The notes beneath the pieces are model-generated. The model searched no databases and was not told the origin of the DNA. It was given only the letters and a program-made list of their open reading frames with translations. A DNA stretch of 53,342 nucleotides from Nemertoderma westbladi (Eukaryota; Animalia; Xenacoelomorpha): positions 1 to 53,342 of the forward strand of contig JAUCBJ010007385.1 of NCBI GenBank assembly GCA_032718475.1. Reading direction: 5' to 3'. The position numbers and the translations under genes were made by a program. Positions 10,640 to 20,388 of the stretch are shown here, piece after piece. Numbering within the stretch: position 1 is the first letter of the stretch; every line of letters begins with the position of its first letter.

Positions 10640-10935
10640 CTTTTGGGGCGAGCCCCGAAATATGCGAAGCCTTAGCATTGGGGTAGGCCTACCACTAATG
10701 ATTTGTCTGTCGTTATTGTCTGTCGTCGTCGTCTAATATTTGATCGCTAATAACTCGGTTATTCCATAATAAACTTAAACCAAACTTGGTACGTATGTAG
10801 ACCGTCAAACGTTTAGAAAGAATCTGAAGTTTAGTCAAAAATCCGACTGTCTGACATTTTGCATTCTCGGGCCGAGAATGTCATGTACTTTTGGCGGGAA
10901 CGGCGACCCACACATACAATGAAAAAAAAAAGAGT
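10640..10935 (+). mobile_element. Possible non-autonomous Helentron/DINE-like element fragment (second copy ~14627-14925)
   Basis: T-run start, short inverted repeat GGGGCGAGCCCC, GTCT/(GTC)n microsatellite and AAACTTGGTA motif. Recognised by architecture only. Confidence 0.4.
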
Positions 10936-11224
10936 TTCGGTATAATTGTTAGTTAAAACTGATTTCTGAGATGTTTCTGACTGTTGTTAGGGGGTAAGTG
11001 TGATGAGTATTATTTTTCGCCAACTACTGTAGGTGAAGAAATTTGTTAAAAAGATAAGTTTGTGTAAGGCCGTGGACAGTTTTGTAAAACGAGATTATAC
11101 AAAATAATGGCACCCGGTCTTGAGGAGAGGGGCTGTAGGTTGCATTCCTTTTCGGTGCTACAGTAGCTAGTTTAAGGATATCAGTTCCGAGGTTGCTAAG
11201 AGATCAGAGCAACCTATGAGAGAT

Positions 11225-11280
11225 GTCACACCATACAGCGCAGCCGTACTCCAACTTGGTCGTACATAAAACTGGTGTAG
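11225..11280 (-). pseudogene. Tiny LINE ORF2 relic (also ~15215-15270)
   Basis: With one frameshift, the minus strand reads VRPxLEYGCAVW, a post-RT motif of CR1/L2/Jockey-group LINEs. Confidence 0.4.
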
Positions 11281-11646
11281 GCCTATATTATAAGCTAAAT
11301 AAATTTTAATATAATAAGATGAACCAGACTCAACTTCGATTAACGCATACTAGGGGAGTGCCCTGCCCTGCCCTGAATATGTCATTATTATGTTAGTCCT
11401 TGGTAAGTATGTTATTGTGTAGACCTATTATAACTCTCTTATATTAGTTAGCTAGTGTTTTTTTTCATATTGTTTTACCAGGCAGCTAGTGATTTCTAAT
11501 AGTACAAATAGCTATCGATTTTATATAGGTAATTTAAAAAATATAGGGTTTCAAATAATATTGCTGCACAATTTATTAATTAATATGTTTATTGTAAATC
11601 GTCTAAATTACTGCCACAGTTGGCCGGTATCGTAAACTGTTCGATA

Positions 11647-11932
11647 TTAAAGCATTTTGAAGAACATTTTGTCTGTAAGAACTTTATCTTTCGGCATTTT
11701 CTTCCCTTTTCCACGTTTATTCGATCTTCCCCGTCCTTTATTTCCCTGTAAATATCAATTCATATTCTGTTACACTCACTTAATTACGTATATGTACTGT
11801 ATATAGTAGACCTAAACCCACATTATATCCTATATTATATTTAGTCAAACAAACCTTCACTTTCTTTCCCTTTCCTCTACGACTTCTAGATCTGCTTCCT
11901 TTACCGCGGCGACTCCAATACAATTCAAACAT
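11647..11932 (-). CDS. Protamine-like copy B, leaderless variant (exons 11932-11855 and 11745-11647; 58 aa) or pseudogene
   Basis: The first ~60 codons of exon 1 are replaced by a short filler that supplies an in-frame ATG: MFELYWSRRGKGSRSRSRRGKGKKVK|GNKGRGRSNKRGKGKKMPKDKVLTDKMFFKML*. Splice sites and promoter motifs intact. Confidence 0.5.
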
Positions 11933-12249
11933 TTTTGAAATAATATGTATTTACCAAAAATTATGTACAGTATTTCCTAAAGAAAAAATGATATCAGAAT
12001 TTATTTTGTAAATCATTTTTCTCCTAAATGACATAAGTTGATGTGTCGTTCTATTATATATCATAGTTTGAATTCCAGAACTTAGTTTTGATTGGTTGAT
12101 TTGAGCAATACTCTTCTGATTATCTGATTGGCTAAAATAAACTTGTATTTGGTAGGCGGTTTTGGTGGGAGGTTTACCCGTTAACGGGATTCGGCATTAC
12201 TATGTTATGGGTACCCACTTTTTGACCTTTTATTTGACCATGTTAATGG

Positions 12250-12852
12250 CTATTAACAGCCACGTCTCTTTCGAGATAACTGGCGGAATGGGTGAAGGGG
12301 TTCGGTGTCCCCACGCGTTTCGCTTCTGACGGCGGCCCACAGTTCTCAGGAAAGGATTTCCTAAGCGTCTGGGGAGTCGAGCCTATCACATCCTCCCCAG
12401 TTTACCCACAGAGTAACGGCCTTGCGGAGTCCGCTGTCAAGGCGACTAAGGCGTTTCTAACTAAGACAAGGGGGAAACTGGACTCATCGTCATTCCAGGA
12501 GGGACTCCTGGAATCCCAGACAGCCACATACAATCGTGGCGCGCGACCCCTACCCCCCTTAGCGGTAGGGGAACCTGTGCGGGTTCAAAACACCACATCG
12601 AAACGTTGGGACCGCACCGGGGTCATTGTGGAATCCAATCCCAACCGGAAGTACAGCGTTCGGACGCCTTCCGGTCGGTGCCTCACCCGCAACCGCCGCC
12701 ACCTCATCCAGGGCACGGCCACTGGCATCAACGACGGCTCCAGCGCCGCCACGCCACAGAAGGGCGTGTTCACTGGGCTGACGAACAAGCCAGTGTGTCT
12801 CCGATCGGCCACGCCGTTCCTACCCACGCCCCCGAAGGCAACCGTCCAATAG
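12250..12852 (+). pseudogene. Ty3/Gypsy integrase C-terminal fragment (second copy)
   Basis: ORF 12292-12852: FGVPTRFASDGGPQF...ITSSPVYPQSNGLAESAVK...RNRRHL; contains the second D and the E of the DDE triad only, with internal deletions. Confidence 0.85.
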
Positions 12853-13404
12853 ACTATGATAGTTTGTGTAGGGGTGGATGGACCGTTAACAGTGTTGTAA
12901 TTATTTTTTTGGAATTATTTGTGGGCGATTTGTGGGAATTATTTATTCCGTTAACAGTGTTGGGATTATTTGTGGGCAGTAATTCCGTTAACAGTATTGG
13001 AATTATTTGGGGGCGGTTATTCCGTTAACAGTATTACATTTCTGTTAAATACACAAGTCAATAATTATTAGCTATCGACTCAGTAATTATCCGATCGAAG
13101 GAGATTTAAAGTTAAAGATATATTAAAAAAATTTATAAAAATATTCTAATAAAAATGAAAAAAATAAAATAAAGCCATTCTTACGATACAAACAGTAAAT
13201 AGAACAACAAACTCGTACGAAATTAAAATTACCGTGGACAGAATGAATATTTCATGTGATGGCGCGGAATTGAGTAGTTTTGTATTAATAATTAAATATA
13301 ATGCAATGCTACAAACAGCAAATAAATATTTAGATCTGGTTACATAACTATCCAATAATATGTGGGCTCAATCTATCTTATTAACTCGAGTCGGCTGTTA
13401 ACAT

Positions 13405-14161
13405 TTACGAGTAGTATGCTTCGCACATGATCGATATAGCTCTATGAGCTCGACGGGAATAGGCCTTGTAAAAGTGGTCCCCACAGATCTTGGAGAGCCA
13501 CAGATGGAAATCTTCCAGCTTCTCTCTTAGTAGAATGTACTTCGCTAAGACCTGGTAGGCGCGTGTGAATCCATTATTGGCGAGACTACCTCCAAATACT
13601 TCTCCTATTCCAGGGATGTACTTTACACTCCGATTTCCCAACTCTCGAGCCAGAATCCGTCGATGTTTCTTCGTCTTCAGGATCTTCCCTATCTTCTTTC
13701 CGTTTCCACTTCTTCTCGCGTTTCCTCGACTTCCCTTACCCTGAAAGAATTGTATTGAGCATTTTGTAAAATGATTTTACGATGTTTAATAAGAACCGAG
13801 TCACGAAAGTAAACTAAAAAAAGTAAAGTTATCTTTGTACATTATTTCAGGGAATACGCACAAAGAATCACTTATTTCCAGTACGATTCCCCCTGAACTA
13901 CTGTATTCTGCCTAGAAGAAACTTACTCTTTTAGCGATCGTTTAAGGATGCAAGGCGCATAGATGAAACCGGGTTAACTTGAACCCACGGTAGCCAGATA
14001 TGTTAATTATAGGTAATGGGCTAAACGTCAAGGATATCACAGAGAAATATATCCCAACATAAATTATATTGTATTAAAATAAATAAACAAACCTGCCCTT
14101 TCATCCCATTCCCTCTACGACTCCTTGACCTGCTTCTATTCCCTTTCTTCTTCGCAGCCAT
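13405..14161 (-). CDS. BANF1-like: BAF-domain protein with protamine-like basic N-terminus, copy 2 (exons 14161-14093 and 13740-13405; 134 aa)
   Basis: Same structure as copy 1, offset 3976 bp. Exon 1 MAAKKKGNRSRSRSRRGNGMKGQ; one S>N change in the BAF domain. Confidence 0.88.
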
Positions 14162-15638
14162 TTAGTCCCAACACGGATACAGTACCTGTTATTATTATCT
14201 ATCCTAATTAATTTAAATTCTGTTACAAATTTAATAGAGCGATTCGTGTATGACAACTTTTTTCAATGTTTGATATTTATATATGAAGACTAAATTCTAG
14301 AATTAGTTAACCCACCGATTAAATTATATTATACAGTAGGTGGTTGATTGGATGTAATAAACTAACGGCGTCTTAATTCTGTTAACGGTATTCAGAATCC
14401 CCCCCCCCCCCCTGGACATTACATTGTACTCATTCTATTGTCTTAATTTGGAACAAGTCTCCACCACCCACAACCTACGTAGGTATGGGAGGCCCACTAA
14501 ATTATTATACTGTACCTACAAATCCTAATCGCTTGAAATTTTAATCATAAACAGTTGGGTCCTAATATTTATTAGCATGGTAATACTTATTTATATTACT
14601 GTAGCTTAAACAGGGTGTTATATATCTTTTGGGGCGAGCCCCGAAATATGCGAAGCCTTAGCATTGTGGTAGGCCTACCACTAATGATTTGTCTGTCGTT
14701 ATTGTCTGTCGTCGTCGTCGTCGTCTAATATTTGATCGCTAATAACTCGGTTATTCCATAATAAACTTAAACCAAACTTGGTACGTATGTAGACCGTCAA
14801 ACGTTTAGAAAGAATCTGAAGTTTAGTCAAAAATCCGACTGTCTGACAGTTTGCATTCTCGGGCCGAGTATGTCATGTACTTTTGGCGGGAACGGCGACC
14901 CACACATACAAATGCGAAAAAAAGAGTTTCGGTATAATTGTTAGTTAAAACTGATTTCTGAGATGTTTCTGACTGTTGTTAGGGGGTAAGTGTGATGAGT
15001 ATTATTTTTCGCCAACTACTGTAGGTGAAGAAATTTGTTAAAAAGATAAGTTTGTGTAAGGCCGTGGACAGTTTTGTAATACGAGATTATACAAAATAAT
15101 GGCACCCGGTCTTTAGGAGAGGGGCTGTAGGTTGCATTCCTTTTCGGTGCTACAGTAGCTAGTTTAAGGATATCAGTTCCGAGGTTGCTAAGAGATCAGA
15201 GCAACCTATGAGAGATGTCACACCATACAGCGCAGCCGTACTCCAACTTGGTCGTACATAAAACTGGTATAGGCCTATATTATAAGCTAAATAAATTTTA
15301 ATATAATAAGATGAACCAGACTCAACTTCGATTAACGCATACTAGGGGAGTGTCCTGCCCTGCCCTGAATATGTCATTATTATGTTAGTCCTTGGTAAGT
15401 ATGTTATTGTGTAGACCTATTATAACTCTCTTATATTAGTTAGCTAGTGTTTTTTTTCATATTGTTTTACCAGGCAGCTAGTGATTTCTAATAGTACAAA
15501 TAGCTATCGATTTTATATAGGTAATTTAAAAAATATAGGGTTTCAAATAATATTGCTGCACAATTTATTAATTAATATGTTTATTGTAAATCGTCTAAAT
15601 TACTGCCACCGTTGGCCGGTATCGTAAACTGTTCGATA

Positions 15639-16089
15639 TTAAAGCTTTTTGAAGAACATTTTGTCTGTAAGAACTTTATCTTTCGGCATTTTCTTCCCTT
15701 TTCCACGTTTATTCGATCTTCCCCGTCCTTTCTTTCCCTGTAAATATCAATTCATATTCTGTTACACTCACTTAATTAGGTATATGTACTGTATATAGTA
15801 GACCTAAACCCACATTATATCCTATATTATATTTAGTCAAACAAACCTTCCCTTTCTTTCCCTTTCCTCTACGACTTCTAGATCTGCTTCCTTTACCTCG
15901 GCGACTCCTAGACCTGCTCTTCTTTCCCTTCTTACTTCCCTTTCGTTTTTTACGTCTCCTTTTCTCCATTTCGTTCCGGCTGGTGGAACGATTACCACTC
16001 TTTGATAGGCTCCTACTTTTCCTTTCATCTAAGGCCCAACTCGGCAAATTATCCAACCCCAAATCACTTTCTTCAGGTTGAACAGGCAT
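15639..16089 (-). CDS. Protamine-like basic protein, copy C (exons 16089-15847 and 15737-15639; 113 aa)
   Basis: Exon 1 of 81 codons ending GKGKKGK; phase-0 GTTTGT...TACAG intron; exon 2 GKKGRGRSNKRGKGKKMPKDKVLTDKMFFKKL*. Confidence 0.75.
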
Positions 16090-16881
16090 AATTATTTAAT
16101 ATATTACCGATAATTATATATGTCCTAAACAAAAAATGGTTTCAGAATTTCTTTTGTAAATCATTTTTCTCCTAATTGACATAGATTGACAATTAGAAGA
16201 AAATACGTTACAAAAGAAATTCTGATATAATTTTTTGTTTACAGATTTTTGATAGATTTTGATTTTTTATAGATTGACATAGATTGATGTGCAGTTCTAT
16301 TATATATAATATTTTGAATTCCAGAACTTAGTTTTGATTGGTTGATTTGAGCAATACTGTTCTGATTATTTGATTGGCTAAAACTAAATGGTATTTGGTG
16401 GCGCTTTTGGTGGGAGGTTTACCCGTTAACGGTGTTAATTTTGATGAGGGGCGAATCAGTGCAATTTAAAGAAGAACGCTTGAGTTAGGCGTTTCCATGT
16501 ATTCACCATTAGAAAGACAAATAAAACTGCACCTACCTTCCCTACTCTCCCCTACATACTGTAGTATAAGTCGCACAGTTGTGTACAGTAGTCTTAGCTT
16601 CCTTACATTAATATTTTCTTATTAAATAATCCCAAACAAATATAGCCTAGCTATGTAATTATACCCCTACAGTATGCTATGCGAGCTAGCAGTGACCGTT
16701 GATGAACCTACACTAGCACTGTCTCGGTGGGAGACATTAATTTTTATTAAATAAGACAATTATGTTGATGTTTTAAAACAAATTATCCGTAGTTTTTTTA
16801 TAATTTTGTACAGTACCGTAGATGGACTTTATTTTTCTCCTTTCTATTCATTCCATTATTAGATTATATCAAAACAGATAA

Positions 16882-18105
16882 TGTAAAAGCTTTTGCTGAA
16901 TTGTCCGGTTATTTTTCCTTATTTTTCCCGTAAAATACTCTGTAGTTGGTTTACCAGGCATAAAAAGGCCGTGTCCTTGCTGTACTGGTGTTTTAGCGGA
17001 CATAAAAGCTATTTCTTCTGTATTTATACTTTAGAGGACATAATCCGTAATTCCGTGACGTAAAAGCTCGATACTCTTGAAAACAGTGTCGCTACCATGA
17101 CGACAGCTAGCAGCTGATATTGCCACGTCGACGTTTCTTTGTTTCTCTGTTCTCTCGTTGTTCAGGTTGACCAATCAGAGCGTTTGTTGTCTTTGTGTTG
17201 GAGGTATATACAGAAACTCAGTAGTTCAGTGTTATGTTTTTGCCCAGAGCCTAAGAACCGGCTTTGGCACCTCCGTGTTTTCAGTTTTTAGTCTTACACT
17301 AGTAGGTTTAATTATAAAGGGCATATATCCTTTAACTGACATACCGATCAAACTCATGGAATCACTGCTGACTGATCATACATGCTGACTGCTGAAACAT
17401 TGCAAACTCATAACAATCAGTGTTTTCATTGTTGTTTTATACTGCTATTTACCGTCAGTTCTTCATAATATGGTTGATGAATAATTATATTTGGAATAAC
17501 GATAAATAACCCCGAAACCCAATATTCTTGATATACCGAAGGTAAGAGAGAAGGGTTACAGATAAACGATTGTGACTTATGTTAAAGTGGTTTGAAGTGA
17601 ATCTAATGTTATTTGATAGACCCTACATGAGTCAGTCTGTGTTCCTTTTATATGTGACTAAAATCAGTGAAGATTGGCAGATTAGTGTGCAGTATTGTGC
17701 AGCATTGTGTATGAGTGAGTCTGTTAAAGAAGCAATTCCTAAAGAATGCGCCATATATGTGAATTATAATTAAGCCATATCGTTGTGAGTAGTTTAAGTC
17801 ATAACTCTGTTTATATAGATAAAGCGCCACGTCCTAAAGGAACTGTTAATATTACCGAAGGTGAATAACATTGTCAGAGATTATATAGTACTGTCAGTCG
17901 AATAATACATTAGGCTTACATAGCAATAAAATTAAACCGTCGAACCCAATCTCCCGGGAATATCCAGCGGGTGAATGATCGCGCACAGATTGGTTTCGAC
18001 TAGTGTAGTGAATCAAATACTTGTCATAGACTAAAAACAGATTTAATATCTAGAAGACATCTTAATTTGGTGGGTTAAACTGCCAAAGGTCTGAAAGCGC
18101 GAACA
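16882..18105 (+). repeat. 5' LTR (1224 bp)
   Basis: TGTAAAAGCTTTTGCTG...GCGCGAACA; direct repeat of 31482-32690. Confidence 0.93.
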
Positions 18106-18329
18106 TTAAAGGATATAGCTTCTTTATTGCAGTAAGCAATAAAGTCGAAAGTACCGGTCGACCGGTAACCAGTAGGCCTGACTGCCTGATCATCCGGACC
18201 GGTACCTACTTCCGTATAAGTACAGCAGTATTATTCGATTTGATTATATATGCCGGTAGGTCTTAATAATTAATCGGGGACGCCTGGTTTTTATTGGGAT
18301 TTTACTTAGGCCTATTTCTGTCAGTTTTA

Positions 18330-18960
18330 TTTGTTTGTAGGCCAGTATTGAACAGAAGGCGTGTAAACCTGATCAGATTGTACAGACAATTTGTAGGCTG
18401 AGCTGTTGTCTGATTGCTGTTAGGTCCGAACGAATTGCAGTGTGTGTAGATCACCTGTCCGATTAAGTACGATTAGGCAGTAGGGGCAGCGAACGCAGTA
18501 AGGTAAACCCCCAACTAAAGAATAAGTCGCACTACTGGGTTAGAGCGCATACTCCCTAATCATTTCGGAGTCTGCATGTCCTGTAGTTTATTTAGGCTTG
18601 AGAGTAGTCTGCCATCGTTTGGTCTGTACTTTGTTTGTGTAAGTCTGTACGGGTAGCGTATAATTTTATTTAGATAATTTGTAGGCTGGATAGTTGTCTG
18701 GCTGTTATTAGGTCTGAGCGGATTGCAGCGTGTGTAGATCACTTGTCCGATTAAGTACGGTTAGGAAGTAGGGGCAGCGAACGCGGTAAGGTAAACCCCC
18801 AACTAAAGAATAAGTCGCACTACTGGGTTAGAGCGCATACTCCCTAATCATTTCGGAGTCTGCATGTCCTGTAGTTTGTTTAGGCTTGATAGTAGTCTGT
18901 CAGTGTTCGGTCTGCATTTTGTTTGAGTAGTTTGTACGGGTAGCGTAATATTTATTATTC
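18330..18960 (+). repeat. 288-bp tandem repeat in BEL leader
   Basis: TAGGGGCAGCGAACGC at 18481 and 18769. Confidence 0.85.
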
Positions 18961-19879
18961 AGAGTTTATGCGATTATCCGCAACATTCATTCCCCAAGTT
19001 TGTTCCTACAGTAATTGTGTTTGTTATACATACCGCTATAGTTAAATTAACCCCGGTACTACACGGGCTGCTCGGCGTAGGTCAAGACTGGTGATTTTGT
19101 GCATCGGTCACTCCAGCAGATGCCGTGGTTCTTTTAGCTGTTCAAGTATATTTAACTACTGATTATCTGTTATACAAGTACTCGTACCTAATTTAGGGTT
19201 TAGTGTACAGTACTTTCCGAAGTAATTATTGTAGACATTATATCTGTGTTGTAAAGTGGTTGATAGGCACATTCGATTAGCTCTATTAACTTCTAGGTAG
19301 GAACACTCCGTGATACATAACGTAGAACCTATAGCGATACGGCTATAGGTCGTCAGGCGGTGGTATTTTCCTATCTAGACAACGCAGTGTATTTACTACT
19401 ACTTATTATTTCAAATACCGTAGTACCCTGTCCGTTGTAATAACCGGTTTTCTAACCCTTTGTTAGGCTGGTTTGTAGACTTCTTGTAAAATTACCCTAA
19501 AAATTCGTATTTGTGTTTTTGTAAATTTTTGTGTTTATTTAGAGATTGTAATCTCAACCCGAATTGTACGTAATTTGTAGTATTAAGTAACTTAGGTAAA
19601 TTAGTATTATTTGTTTTAGTGTCCTGTACGTAACACTTCACTGAAAGCGCACCGCTTTGTGTAGTGATTACTCCCCAGAAATAATAACATTTATTTCAAA
19701 CATTGACAAAACCCATTAAAACGGGTATATATATATTATAAATCAAATCTAACGATTTATAAATCGTAGGCCTACCATACAACCATTAGGTCTCAATATC
19801 AGTTGGATTACTGCTCAAATAACGGTAATAAAGTAAGTAAAGTAACCAAGTAACCCTAAAATTCAGAAATTCAATTATT

Positions 19880-20310
19880 TAAAATAATTGATATACCGGT
19901 ATTTACGATAGGCCTATTATCTTTATTTCTATAAATTTCGGCTGAAATTATACCGGTACTTGTAATTAATTCTAGTTTGTAATTATACTTATATATATAC
20001 ACTATAAGTGTAAACTGCATACCGGTATTTACGATAGGCCTATTATCTTTATTTCTATAAATCTAGGCTGAAATTATACCGGTACTTGTAATTAATTCTA
20101 TTCTAGAATTATATATACTACAAACAGTAAGCTGTATACCGGTATTCCGATAGGCCTATTATATATTTGTATATATTTGTGCTAAAATTATACCGGTATT
20201 CTGTGATAAACCTAGTCTGTAATAATAGTTATATATACTATAAGCATACCAGTATTCTAATATATTATATATCACGCTACACTGAGTAGCAGTACCGGTA
20301 ATTAATTACT
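19880..20310 (+). repeat. ATACCGGTA palindrome-rich degenerate repeats before the gag ATG
   Basis: TACCGGTA recurs at roughly 50-70 bp spacing, with TAGGCCTA in between. Confidence 0.7.
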
Positions 20311-20388
20311 AGGCTAGCAGTTAATACTGAGTTATTAGACTTACTCAGACTGTAATACAGCAGTAGACATTCAACGGTATACATAGTC

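Larger units (their letters stand above)
7865..15907. repeat. ~4.0-kb tandem duplication (about 7865-11916 and 11945-15907)
   Basis: Near-identical colinear sequence; BAF stop codons at 9429 and 13405. Confidence 0.92.

Noticed and set aside
7020-16881. BAF genes as retrotransposon cargo that protects against autointegration
   Set aside because: The genes lie outside both elements, between oppositely oriented 5' LTRs, and have spliceosomal introns and their own promoter motifs. The adjacent Gypsy integrase piece is a decayed fragment.
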